From Felis catus (lineage: Eukaryota): 64,000 nt of DNA. This document shows, piece by piece, positions 1 to 12,098 of the stretch; within the stretch, counting starts at the first letter, position 1; each line of letters opens with the position of its first letter. The notes beneath the pieces were generated by a model, which did no database searches, was not told where the DNA came from, and was given only the letters and a program-made list of their open reading frames with translations. Both the position numbers and the translations under genes were made by a program. The stretch spans positions 64,544,001 through 64,608,000 of the forward strand of contig NC_058368.1 in assembly GCF_018350175.1 (NCBI RefSeq), in the 5' to 3' direction.

Positions 1-8
1 GGCGCCCC
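1..8 (-). mobile_element. 5' tip of a CanSINE (SINEC) cut by the window edge
   Basis: ggcgcccc is the reverse complement of the SINEC head GGGGCGCC; only 8 bp visible. Confidence 0.5.
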
Positions 9-292
9 TGTAAATTGCACTTTTAAGAGGTTGACATATAAAAATAATCCAGAATTTAGATGAATATTATACAGAAATGTGTCTTTTATGCATTCTAAAT
101 ATTGAACACTAGAAAAATAGTTTTAAAGGTATAGTCCATACAATGAAATATTTTGTAACCATTAACACTGGTGATGATTAAAAGAATTGGTGCTAACACC
201 AATTAAATATATATAATATATAGTATATATTTTTTTCATGAGAACAGAAACATTTTCATCCTGCATATATATTATATATACAGGGAGGTAAT

Positions 293-297
<5 letters not shown>

Positions 298-343
<46 letters not shown>
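298..343. repeat. (TA)n microsatellite, about 23 units
   Basis: Uninterrupted alternating TA run. Confidence 0.97.
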
Positions 344-348
<5 letters not shown>

Positions 349-704
349 TTCATGAGAACGGAAACATTTTCATCCTGCTTACATACTATGTTCAGTGCCT
401 GGCATATTATATGTACTTATAAAAATAGAAAACCATTTATACTAAGAAATGTGTTATGTGCTGAAGTTAACAGTGGTTACTTGTAACCATAGGATTGTAA
501 GTGATGTTTGCCATCTACAAATTATTCAGTTCTTTCCAAATTTTCTAAAACAACATATATTCCTTATATTGGGAAAAGGATGTTTAAAATGATGTGTTGA
601 AGAAACTAGCTACCAATAAGTTGTTGCTCTACAGTCATCCACCAAGAAAAGATAACTCCTGAAAGAATCAATCTCATTGATTTTATTTGAGAATTAAATG
701 CAGC

Positions 705-861
705 ATTACCTGCATTGGAATCATCTGGTATATTTACTTAAAATGTAGATTTCTGAGCCAGCGAGGGGATGAGGCAGAATCTACATTTTTATCACTTTTT
801 TGCGCCCCTTCTCTTGACTACCCAGATGGTTCTTATCCACATTAAAACAAGAGAATAACTG
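705..861. mobile_element. MER5-type hAT-Charlie DNA transposon relic
   Basis: gaatcatctgg...aaaatgtagatttctgag...gaatctacattttt...cccagatggttctta...gagaataactg resembles the quasi-palindromic MER5A layout. Confidence 0.6.
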
Positions 862-1891
862 AATTAGGAAGATAATCAAAACTCAGAAAAAATCCAAACA
901 GTAGGAATGGTAGCTTTTTAGAGTCTCTTTAAACGCTGCTGGAAAATGACTGGTAAATTGGTGTAGCAAACTTCATGTGAGGGTATTAGGCCATAATACT
1001 AAAGGAGTCATGAGCAATAGGTAGCATTAAGTATATACAGAAAAAAAATTATCAAGAAAAATCATTTTAGATAAACTATATGGCTTGGGGTTTGTTATTT
1101 TAAACATAGGAGTACAAAAATTAGTTCTCAAAGTAAATGGTGACTTTTCCTAACATGGAGAGCAAAATATCAGAGATACCATATAAAATATTTCTAAATT
1201 AGTTGTGTTTGCTGACCAGCATTATGCATCAGGTGTCTGGTAGATGTATAATTTAGATTTGTTTTCCCCTCTCTCTCCCAAACCAATTAAACTCTACAGA
1301 TAGTCTGAGACTCTGCATTTCAGAGGATCCTAATTTATGTAAACCACAAAATATCAAGCAGTCAGCAATTAGTTAGTAGTGGCTTCCTATCTGCAAGCAC
1401 AGTTCTAAATGTTATGTTGAGATGTTGAGAAAGGCCACATGCCTGCTCTCAAGGAGGTTCCATTTTAATGGATGAGCCCAAACAGTAACACAGAAACATA
1501 CACAGAAGAAAAGACCATTCAGGATAGTGACTGCAATAGGAAAACAGAACAACATGATCGATTGTGAGGCGTTAAAGATGCAGCAGCTTCTTTAGCTTAA
1601 GGTGTTCATCAGAGAAGCTTCTGTGAAGGGATGACCCGTGTGCTAAATGACGAGGCAGCCATACAACGGTCTGCCAGAAAACCGCTTCCAGAATATTAAC
1701 AAATGGAAAGCCTCTGGAATATGAAGAAATTAATATAGCCAAAGTTTGGAAAAGGCCAGTGTAGAGAAGATGGAGATAAGGTAAAATAGATGGTCAACCA
1801 AGATGAGTGAGGCCATGGGAAGGAGAGTTGCCAGGGAAGCTACTGAAGGATTTTAGCAGAGGAATAACATGCGTGGATCTAAAAAGATTAT

Positions 1892-2242
1892 TGCAATGAA
1901 CTGATGTTTGTGTCTCCCCCCCTCCACCCAAATTCATATACTGAAATTGTAAGCTCTGGTATAAGGAGATGGGGCCTGTGGGAGGTGATTAGGTTCTTCA
2001 GTGTCCAGTTCTCATGAGTGAATTAATGTCCTTATGAAAGGACCTCAAACAGCTCTCTGCTCTTTGCCATGTGGGGATACAAAAGAAGTTGGCAGTCTGC
2101 AGGTTGGAAGCAGGTTCTCAGCAGAATCTGACCATGGCACCTTGATATTGGACTTCCAGCCTCCTGAACTATGAGAGACGAGTGTGTTGTTTATAAGCTA
2201 CCCAATCTGTGGTACTTTGTCATAGCAGCCAAAACTAAGACA
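1892..2242 (+). mobile_element. MLT1A-type MaLR solo LTR
   Basis: tgcaatgaactgatgtttgtgtctccccc...aaattcatat...ggaggtgattagg...ggacttccagcctcctgaactatgaga...atagcagccaaaactaagaca; TG...CA ends. Confidence 0.9.
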
Positions 2243-2425
2243 GTGACCTCTGAGTTTACAAAGAAGACAGAAAAGAGACTATTTAGAAGGCTATTGCTGT
2301 GTCAGAGATAAAGTAGGTGGCCTGAACTTGTGTCAAAGCAGCAGATGGTGACAGGTGATTGGATCTGTGGATAAATTGACTATAGAAAGTATCAGCAAAG
2401 GAGGAAGTGAGAATACATACTTAGG

Positions 2426-2758
2426 TGCTATGGACTGAGTTACGTCCTCCAAAATTCAGGTTAAAGCCTTAATGGCCAATGTGGTGGTATATGGCAAAAG
2501 TTCTTTGAATAGTAATTGGATTTAGATGAGATCTTGAGGATGGAGCCCTTGTGATGTGATTAGTACCCTATAGGAAGAGACACCAGATAGTTCTCTTTCC
2601 CTCCCTTCTGCATGTAAGAAAACAGTGAAAAAGTGACTATCTACGACCCAAGGAGCTTATACATCCAGCCTTCAGAAATGTGAGAAAAATAGTGTCTGTT
2701 GTTTAAGCCACTGAGTATATGGATATTTTCTATGGTGACCTGAGCTGAATTATATACA
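2426..2758 (+). mobile_element. MLT1A-type MaLR solo LTR
   Basis: tgctatggactgag...aaaattcag...ccagccttcagaaatgtgagaaa...tgtttaagcca...tataca; degenerate 5-bp TSD ttagg/ctaga. Confidence 0.88.
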
Positions 2759-4509
2759 CTAGATTTTTAGGCTGAGAAAGCTTGTGGTACCTCTTATAAA
2801 TTTAGAGAAGATTGGAGAAGACTAGGTTTAATATGAAGAAAAATCAAGAGTTTGGTTAAGTAGAAGATGTCAACCTGTAAGTTATTAAATAGAGAGGTTT
2901 TGTTGGTTGTTTTAGTCTAGGGCTTAGGATATTCTGACAAGCACAGATATTTGGTAGTTATTATTATAAAGATGAGATTTAAAATTTTGGATCAGGTAAG
3001 ATTATTAGAGAAAGTACTGACAGAATAGGGAAAATATCAAGAACTGTTACTTGGAGAAATGTGTTTTAATAGTCAAAGGAGTCAGGAGTAGCTGGAAGGG
3101 AATAAGTCCAAGAAAAATGTTTTAAGATGGCTAATACTAAGACATGTTTATGTGTTGATGGTTATTGACCACAGAATGAGAGAAAAGTATGATGCAGGAG
3201 GAAAAAGGAGGATATTCCCCTTGGTAAAAACACTGAGAAAGTGAGAAGACACGGGTTTCAGAACAGAGATGAAAATTGGGACACATTTTCCATTATAACC
3301 TGAGGAGACCGGGGGCTATGTGGACACACAGTCAGCCAGATGGATGAATTTGGTGGACAAAAGAGGAGGCTGTCATATATGATTGCATTTATTGTCTCTA
3401 TGAATTGGGAGGTAAGGTTATCATCTGAGAGTAGAACAAAGGGTAGCGTTAATGGATTGAAGGTTCTGATAAGATATGAGACCTGAGTGAATGGGAATAT
3501 TCTATAGGATGTAAGATGGAAAACAGAAAATATTGAACTGAAGGTGGAATGTTTGAGATCATGATGACAGAGTGAGTGTCACTGTTGGGGATGACAATTC
3601 ATGACTGATGAGGTGTGGAGGAAGACAGTTGAAGTTGAGGGTATCAAGAATGGAGAGATCAAGGTCTGATGGATTCTCTCTGAATGCTGGTGTCTTCAAT
3701 AATTAATACAGGCATAGAGTTGAATAAAACAAAACTAGATACAATCAATAAGTGAATTATAAATAAGTGAATGAGAGATTAATAGTTTATATCCAGAAGA
3801 CATGCCTGATGCCTTGTGTCCTTAAACGAGCAGGGAGTTTGGGAAGAGCAGGGGAAGGAATTGGTTTAGAAAGCAGCAAAGAATGATACCTACCTCTAGG
3901 CAGTAATGAACATAAGACATGCCTCCAAAAACAAGCTGCACATGAATAAAGTTCTCAAGGATCAGCCAGATACAGATTTGAGGAGAGAGGTGAAGTTATG
4001 AAATGTACATCTTGGAAAATTGAAGTGTGAAAATAAAAGGAATGTGTAGTCATTCTGTCTAGTGATGCTGAGTGCAATTTTGAAAAAATGTGATTAAAAA
4101 TGATATGTAGTGTGGCTATAAGATTTTTTCTGGGGACTTCAGGAATTGAGATGCAGATATTAAATAGGTATTTTAAAATATAGCTTAGAATTACCTTTTA
4201 CTGATAATATATTGTCTGAGTACTGGCTACGTAAAAGGCTCTGTAGGTGAGTGACTAAACGTACAGTAGGCACTGAAAACACACACACATGCATGCTTAA
4301 ATAAAAAAGAAGTAGGAATCATGCCATACCATATCATACCATCGAACTGATGCTATTGTTAGATCCTTGGTTAAGCACATAGTACTCCTGTCAGTTCACT
4401 TTCCAGCAATTATATCTCAGCAAACTCGAAGAACAGTAGCTTTAAAAATGCTATGATCCTGAAAAAAGAAAGAAATGGGATTGTTTGTGACTATACTTAG
4501 CTGGAGAAG

Positions 4510-4745
4510 AGAAAATCTATTGAAGTGACAGGAACAGTGAACACTGAGTTAAATATGAATGAATATACTAATCTTTTGATCTTAAATACTACTTTAATGT
4601 TTTTAGGCCCCATTCTTCTTAGCTATAAAATTAGGATTTTGATATCTATACTGTACCATTGTTATAAGCACTAAAAATAATGAAGATGTAATACCTAATC
4701 AAAAGTCTAAAATGTAACAAGCCCTAAATAATTAATAGTTGCTGA
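4510..4745 (+). mobile_element. Degraded MIR
   Basis: Core-like ctataaaattagga...ttgttataagcactaaaaataatg. Confidence 0.45.
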
Positions 4746-5679
4746 TGGCACTCTATTTTTCTGATAAGGGCTGAAGTTACATAAATAAACACATAAATAC
4801 TAAAGTTAAAACCTGTATTTTTATTCATTAGTGATAAGGCTGCTGTTTTGCTATTCTACCCTTTCTTAATGATATTAGAGGGTTGGAGTCCACTTCTAAA
4901 ATAAATTCTGTTAACTCTTAAAAGTCAGCTTCACCTACACATTATTTTTTAATATTTCATCTGGGGAAGAAAACCTATATTTGCACATTGCTGATTCATT
5001 TCTATTCTACCACCTCAGAGAGCCCTTCGTTAATGACATTTTGATGTTCATGAAGCTGTAGAAACTTCTCCTCAATGAACCATGAATTCTCAGAGCAAAG
5101 GGGAGAAGGAAGAATTCACGAATGGGACAACAGAATGATAAGATGGGCAGACACTTGATCCAACACTACAGTGAAGAGGGAATTAGCTCCACTGTGTGAA
5201 ATTGTGAGACATGGGAGAATTTAGGAACTGAAATTCAAGATGAAGCAGGAAGAAAAATACCAGGGATGTGACTTAGAAACGTAGAACAGAATATTTTCCT
5301 GTGAGTTTTGAGGGGCAGTTGGTAATATAAATGAATTGGAGATAAAGTGAAAAAGTAAAGCCAGAATGAAGGAGTCTTTATTGCTTATTACTGATACAGC
5401 CTTTGGTCCATGACAGGATTAAGTTTGAGAAAGCAACTCAATTTAATATTAATGAGTTTTGATAAATAATTAATAATTTATATACAATGATACTTTAATG
5501 AATACAATTTGCACTTCAGTGAATAGGCAGAAAGCATTTTACTGCGGTAAAATCAGCAGTATTACTTGGAAATTCCTTTATTCTGAGAAGTAAAGCTGTT
5601 TCTTATGACTCCCCTATAATAGAATGATCACAAATCCATACCCCATTTGCTACATATAAAAGAAAAAAAAAACATTTGG

Positions 5680-6205
5680 CTACTATAGTGTGCTATTGCT
5701 GTATAACAAAACACCCCAATGTACTGGCACAGAACAATGAATATTATGCTCAGATTCTGTGAGTTAAAATTTGTATGGACTATTGGAAACAATATGATGT
5801 TTCACGATGTCTGGAACCTCCGCTGAGAAGATTTGAAGGCTGAAAGTGAGTTGGTGGATGCAGACAAGACATTTGAAGGCATGCTCACTCACAAACCTGA
5901 AGGTTGAGTACTAGCCTTGGTTGTGGTTTCTAGCTCAAACACTGCCATATGCTCTTGTCCTGTAGTCCCTCTGCTTCTTCACAGTTTGGTGTCTGGCTTT
6001 GAAGAAGAACGCTGTAGAGCTCCAGGCTAAATCTGAACCAACTTTTATAACCATGTCTTGAAAATCACAGTGTCTTTTATGCTGTACTCAGGCAAAGCCA
6101 AATTCAAGAGGAGGGAACCTATACCTCATTCTCTTGGGAGAAATGTTGATATCCAATTCTAAGAAGCACATCGTGCCATTTTTTGAAAATAGAGTCTGCT
6201 AAATA
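5680..6205 (-). mobile_element. Old MLT1 (G/H-like) MaLR LTR
   Basis: ctattgctgtataacaaaacaccccaa...tgctcagattctgtgagt...ctcactcaca...aaattcaagaggagggaa; antisense MLT1 pattern. Confidence 0.7.
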
Positions 6206-6310
6206 TGGGGACAGGTACTATCAATTTTGCTGAGCATTGGTTTCTGGGATCTATTCCTACCTCCTGTATCTTTCTTAATATTTTTTATGATGTGTTGTAT
6301 ATTATAGATT

Positions 6311-6517
6311 TAAATTTTTAGTTAATTTGAAAAAGAGAGTGCTAACATGTGTGAGCAAGTAGGGGAGGGGCAGAGAGGGAGAGGGAGAATCCCAATCAGT
6401 CTCCATGCTGTCAGAGTGCAGAGCCTGACATGAGGCTTGATCTCAGGACCCTGAGATCATGACCTGAGCTGACATCAAGAGTAGGACTCTTAATCGACTA
6501 AGCCACCTAGGAGCCCC
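6311..6517 (-). mobile_element. CanSINE (SINEC)
   Basis: ggggcagagagg...gagatcatgacctgagc...agccacctaggagcccc; degenerate TSD attatagatttaa/attacagatttaa. Confidence 0.95.
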
Positions 6518-7406
6518 CACATTACAGATTTAATATCTTGTTCGTTAGCTAGTTAAGGCTAATTCTTACCCTAAAAGGTAAGAGAAAGGCTCTTTTTCTT
6601 TTTTTCTTTTCTATTTTTTCGAATAGTCTTTAGGTAGGGAACAGATGATGTTACCAATTTTTTTGTAAGATTGGGTGTTGTTCCAGGATAAGTGTATCAC
6701 AAAGGAAACTATAAAAAATATCTCAAGAGATACTGTATTTTAATTAGATTTTGAAACTCAGAATAATTTTTTCTTACTCTGTTAAGATGACCAGGATTAG
6801 TTAGTAGTTGGTGAAAATGCAGATGGAGTGAAATCAGATAATAATTTAAAGACAGGTTAGATTTATAATATAAAATATTTTCAAATCAAATTCAAGTTTA
6901 AGTTTTAAAATAGCTCTAGAGATCCTGCCTACCTTATCAGTGAGAATAAATAGTCGTCCTTAAGGGTGAAAATTAATGTAACGGTGACATGGTGATTTAA
7001 CAGCAAAGGCAAGGTGATGATCCAAGTCTTCTAATTTCTATTTCCAGTCAACTAGAACTTCAGTATTTGTATCATATTTATGTTGCATATGATTATGCTT
7101 GAAGCTACACTTGCAGAAATCTTGAATGATTACCTTATGCATTTTTGATCATAGTTTTCTTTTCAAATTTTAATAAAATTATAGTAAGAAAGTGATATAT
7201 GTGTTGCATAATATATATGACATCATTTCATGTCCAAATTCCTGATATTAAATGCTATAATTACTTAACATGCAGTTAAGATGTTTCTCTAAACCAATGC
7301 AGGCCATTATGTTCATAAAGCTTTATTGAGTTCCTTGTTAATTGAAACCAGTAGCATTTGGCTTTCATTTTTGAAAATCAATTGAATAATATCATCACAT
7401 GAGGAT

Positions 7407-7603
7407 TTTTTTTAAATGTTTATTTATTATGAGATGGAGTACAAGCAGGGGAGGGGCAGAGAGAGGGAGACAGAGAATCCCAAGCTGGCTCCACACTGTC
7501 AGCACGGAGCCTGACACACGGCTCAAACTCACAAACTGTGAGATCATGACCCGAGCTGAAATCAAGAATTGGATGCTTAACCAACTGAGCCACCCAGGCA
7601 CCC
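7407..7603 (-). mobile_element. CanSINE inserted at the tail/TSD of the adjacent L1
   Basis: Full SINEC body; TSD cacatgaggattttt/cacataaagattttt. Confidence 0.96.
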
Positions 7604-7613
7604 CACATAAAGA

Positions 7614-8921
7614 TTTTTTTAATTGAAGTATAGTTGACATACAATATTATATTAAGTTCAGGTATTCAACCTAATGATTTGACAATTCTATACATTACAA
7701 AATGCCCAGCACAATAACTGTAGTTATCATCTATTTCCATACAAAGTCATTAAAATATTGACTGTATTCCATACGCTATAGTTCTCATCTCTGTGACTTA
7801 TTAATTTTAAAACTGGAAGTCTCTACTTCTTAATCCACTTCACCTACCAACCCCCCACTGCCTCCTCTACTCCTCTGGCAACCATCGGTTTGTTCTCTGT
7901 ATTTTAGTCATATAAATTTTAGGATTATTTTTTCTAGTTCTGTGAAAAATACTGTTGGTATTTTCATATGTATTTTGCATTGAATCTGTAGATTGCTTGG
8001 ATAGTCTAGACATTTTAACCTAACACTATTCTTTCATCCCATGAGCCTGATACATCTTTCCATTTCTTTGTGTCATCTTCAGTTTCTTTTATCAGCGTCT
8101 CACAGTTGTCAGAGTACTATAGTTGCTGTAGGCATTCTGGTGTGTGGGGCTCACTACTCCCCCCCGGCCCCCGCCCCATGGCAGAAGTTGCTTTGGAGGG
8201 TTGCCTGCTCGGTGGGGGTGTTGGGTGGTGTGGGTCAGCAGAGGAATTCTGGGGTGATCAAGCTGTGCCAGCAAGGTGGAGATATGCTACCAGAAGGAAA
8301 GTGTCAGAGGCAGCTCCCACAAAGAGCCAGCCAGGTAGGCTGAAGGAGAGCAAGAAAAATGGCCCCCATCAGAATGTCTATTCCTGGAGAAAGCTCCTCC
8401 AGATTCCTGATCCTCTAGCGCATGCCCTAAAGTTAGTCAATAATGTGATTTGTGTATATAACCCAGGTGCTCAAAAGCTGTTGCCTCTGTCCTGTGTCTT
8501 GAACTGAGTGACATAGTACAGTTCACTAAGAGCTGAGTCTAGGTTTCCCACAGCTCTCTGGCTCTCCTATATGCAACTGATTTTACAAGTCAGACTTAAT
8601 GAGGGCTCATCTTTCTATTTCAGATTGTCTGTTGCTCGATCCCCCCATTCTCAGGGAGGATCTCCATGCATATAAGACTAATCCTACTTTTGAATCACCA
8701 CTGATGGGGTTGTGGTTGGGGGGGTTGGTTCCCAGATGTATCTCTGCCCCTCCTGCTCTTCTCAATGTGACCTTCTCTTTCTGTTTTTAGCTGTGGAATA
8801 TCTATTGTGCGAGTCTTCAGGTTATTTTCAGATTGAGTTGCATTGTATGTCATTGTTGCCTCAGTGTGTCCATGGGAGGTGAGATCATTATCCTCCTACT
8901 CTGTCATCTTCCCCAGACTCC
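7614..8921 (-). mobile_element. Internally deleted L1 (L1_Carn/L1MA9-like): 5'UTR 8921-8118, ORF2 fragment 8117-7909, 3'UTR and polyA 7908-7614
   Basis: Minus strand starts GGAGTCTGGGGAAGATGACAGAGTAGGAGG (L1 5' signature). Middle translates to YSDNCETLIKETEDDTKKWKD (ORF2). Ends ...atgtcaactatacttcaattaaaaaaa. TSD atcacatga(g/a)gat at 7394-7406 and 8923-8935. Confidence 0.88.
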
Positions 8922-10085
8922 TATCACATGAAGATGTAAAAAAATATTTCTAACAATTTTGTAATTAGTCACTGGGTCCACGGGTTAAAATTTGTATTTA
9001 ATGAGTTTTCAATGCACTTCAGTACAGTACCACTGAATTTTTTACTTTTAATGTAGAACAATTGCAACAAGGTGAAAAGGTGACTCATACCAGACAACAC
9101 ATTTCTACTTTTTAACCATAAAGTTAGTACGGGATGATAAGAGGGATTTAGATTACAAAGACAACCTTTAGGAAATGACTCTCTTTCTTGACAGGCAGAA
9201 CAGAAGATTGATAAAGTTTCCCAAGTTCCACTGCAGTGGAAGTCAACTTTCTTTAGAAAAAGTTTTTATCAATTAGTTATGGTCCTACACACTGGAAAAA
9301 GAAAGAGTTTTTTCTTGGTTACGAGAAGAATACATTTTTGGAGCCATAATGGAAAAATGTTGAGAAAATGGCCTATATGCAGGATGATCTTTTTTTCCCC
9401 ACGCCTATTAATGTATTACAGCTCATGACATGAGGACAAAGGTTTCCTTAAATAATCCTGTTATTGTCTAAATTTGCTACTGTAGAGGTTGAAATACATT
9501 CAAAGTAATACCTTGAAAATAAAATGCTTTTATAGTATAGAAAAATTAAAGTTAAGATAAATCAAAGTCCTTCATTTAGAAACAATAAAACCGTAATACA
9601 GAAACATTAAATACTTTACTATAGTCACTTTTGGTCAATCTGAGTAGGATGAGAGCTGGGTCTTCACAGGGAGGGAGCTACTGAATTATCCTTCCAGGAG
9701 ATCATATTAACTATATACAAACAGATAGAAAGAGTTTTGAGTATCAGTATTACCATTGAACTAAATTTATCCAATTAAATTTTGGAGACAAGAAAAGAAT
9801 ATACATTATAATCTCTCATATTTTTATTGTGACTTATTTTGCTTGAGAATACAGGCTATGAATCAAGACAAAAAGGGTATAACTTTACTAAACATAGAAA
9901 TAATTGTATTTGAGCAATTTGGTAGGTGGAGGAGTCAAAGATAGGACTACTTTGGGAGGTTTCTCAAAAACTATGAAAAGTATTAAAAAGAGATTGAAAA
10001 TATCAGAAACAAATTTTTTGTCAAAGAAAAAAGACAATTCTGTTCTGGGTAAGAAGAACAAAATGCACTCCACTGGAGAATTTTA

Positions 10086-10326
10086 TTATTTATTTATTTT
10101 TGTAATGTTTATTCTTTTATTTATTTTTTTTTTGAGAGAGAGAGAGAGACAGAGTGTGAGTGGGGGAGGGGAAGAGAGAGAGAGAGAATGAGAATGAGAA
10201 TCCAAAGCAGGCTCCAGGCTCTGAGCTGTCAGCACAGAGCCCAACATGGGGCTTGAACCCATGAACCGTGAGATCATGATCTGAGCCGAAGTCAGACACT
10301 TAACCGACTGAGCCACCAGGCACCCC
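10086..10326 (-). mobile_element. CanSINE (feline SINEC_Fc group)
   Basis: Full body; perfect 17-bp TSD tccactggagaatttta at 10069-10085 and 10327-10343. Confidence 0.98.
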
Positions 10327-11660
10327 TCCACTGGAGAATTTTAAAGGGACTGACATCCTTTCAGAAATATGAGGAGAAGAAATATTTTATAAGGGCAAAG
10401 GGAGAAATGTCTGCAAGGAGAACTAAGTCATGGGCACACTGTGGGGAGGGATATATATGTGTGAAAAGAAAAAATCATCACTGGGCATTGATTATAAAGA
10501 AATGGAAAAAGACCCAAATATCATTAGTTTGGTCAATCAGTCTTATTTATGACTAGATGTATGAGAGTTTGTGTCCACGAACACAGGTAAATCAGAGAAA
10601 ATTATGCATGGTTTGATCAAAATACTGTTTGAACATCAAGTTTAAAAACAGGCTAACCTTGGCAGAACATATCCAGGGCATTTAAGGAAGACATGTAACA
10701 AGAAGTAACTTGGGATTCACCTTTAATACTTTTAAAATATAGCACTTTATTTTCTAAATGTAACGTCGGAAGCATCAATATCCTGAATGTAAGCGATCCA
10801 CCTAACTAAATATGTACTTATTTAAATGAATCTTTTATTTTACAAAGGAGTAGCAACCAATTGATTAAGCTGATTCTAGTGAATAATTTTTCATTATTTT
10901 GGTATTACAGTGATTCTTACCAGCGCTGGGTCAGATAAGATTCTAACCACTATATCATCTCTCTACCCTGTTGGAAAAGTGGTCTAGATTTTACTTTTGT
11001 GTGAAAGACTTATTTCATTTGTGGTACCATTGAAATATGTAATCGTTGTATGGCTAAAACTCCTGGAGCTATTTGGAAAAATCTTTCTCAGATATGGCAT
11101 AATCCATTATATGAATGTGTGTTTTGTATTTATAGATAAATATGCTACCTTTATAGCTGTAACAGGATTTGGTCATTCATATTGCATTCGTGAAAAGAAA
11201 AATTCCTTTTCTCATTGCATCTAACCCAACAGGAGTCTTGTATGTTTTACAGCATCCCTGAAACTCTGGCAGGGTTAACTTCCTAGCTCACAACAGTTAG
11301 ACTCAGCTTCTTCACAGTTCTTGACATGACTTTTCCAATTTCGTCCTTTGCTCCTCCCTATATTCCAGTCTACATGACACTTAAGGTGCATTATTCATTC
11401 TTTGCAAATATAACTCACAATTCTATATCGTAATTTATAGATTGCTCTTCCATGAGTTTCCATTCAGGAGTATTCTATCCACATTCTTCCTGAAATATTT
11501 TTCTGCTCAAACCACTTATAAGGCAGAAATTTTGACATTTTTAGTATTTAGTGGTATGCCTAGGCTAATTCAATATCTGCTGCTTGATTTTGCCTTGAGA
11601 TCAGTTTTGTATGAGATTATTCAATATATGATGTTCACTGTGATTAATATATCTTTTAAT

Positions 11661-11874
11661 TAAAAAAATTTTTTTAACATTTATTCATTTTTGAGAGACA
11701 GAGACAGAGCATGAGCAGGGAAGGGGCAGAGAGAGGGAGACACAGAATCTGAAACAGGCTCCAGGCTCTGAGTTGTCAGCACAGAGCCTGACGCAGGGCT
11801 CGAACTCACAAACTGTGAGATGCTGACCTGAGCCGAAGTTGGACGCTCAACCGACTGAGCCACCCAGGCGCCCC
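11661..11874 (-). mobile_element. CanSINE (feline, younger member of a tandem pair)
   Basis: Full body ending cacccaggcgcccc; TSD aatatatcttttaatt/agtatatcctttaatt. Confidence 0.97.
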
Positions 11875-11890
11875 AGTATATCCTTTAATT

Positions 11891-12098
11891 TCAAAAAAAA
11901 TATTTATTTATTTTGAGAGGAAGAGAGAGAGCATGAGCAGGGGAGGGGCAAAAAGAGAGGGAGGAGAATCCCAAGCAGGCTCTGTGCTGTCAGCAAGAAC
12001 CCAAAGCAGGACTCGATCAGTCTCACCATCTGTGAGATCATGACCTGAGCCGAAATCAAGAGGTGGATGCTTAACCGACTGAGCCACTCAGGTGCTGC
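11891..12098 (-). mobile_element. CanSINE (older member of a tandem pair)
   Basis: Full body with gaatcccaagcagg/aaatcaagag variant; followed by taatatatcctttta target copy. Confidence 0.96.

Larger units (their letters stand above)
1360..3990 (-). mobile_element. Degraded L2 LINE interrupted by two MLT1A LTRs
   Basis: Purine-rich antisense L2 hallmarks (cctgctctcaaggag, actgaaggattttagcagagg, aaaagatta, aagagttt); ends approximate. Confidence 0.7.

Noticed and set aside
185..204. Hairpin aattggtg-ctaa-caccaatt
   Set aside because: An 8-bp stem is within chance expectation.
1892..2758. Two MLT1A LTRs as a collapsed provirus
   Set aside because: The spacer continues the host L2 and the two LTRs have different flanks, so they are independent solo LTRs.
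8041..8507. Longest ORFs (100 and 145 aa) as an ORF0-like antisense L1 product
   Set aside because: They cross the deletion junction of a decayed L1, the 145-aa frame starts at GTG, and GC-rich 5'UTR sequence is naturally poor in stop codons.
9226..9241. Perfect 16-bp palindrome ttccactgcagtggaa
   Set aside because: About one palindrome with 8-bp arms is expected by chance in 64 kb (64000/4^8); no supporting context.
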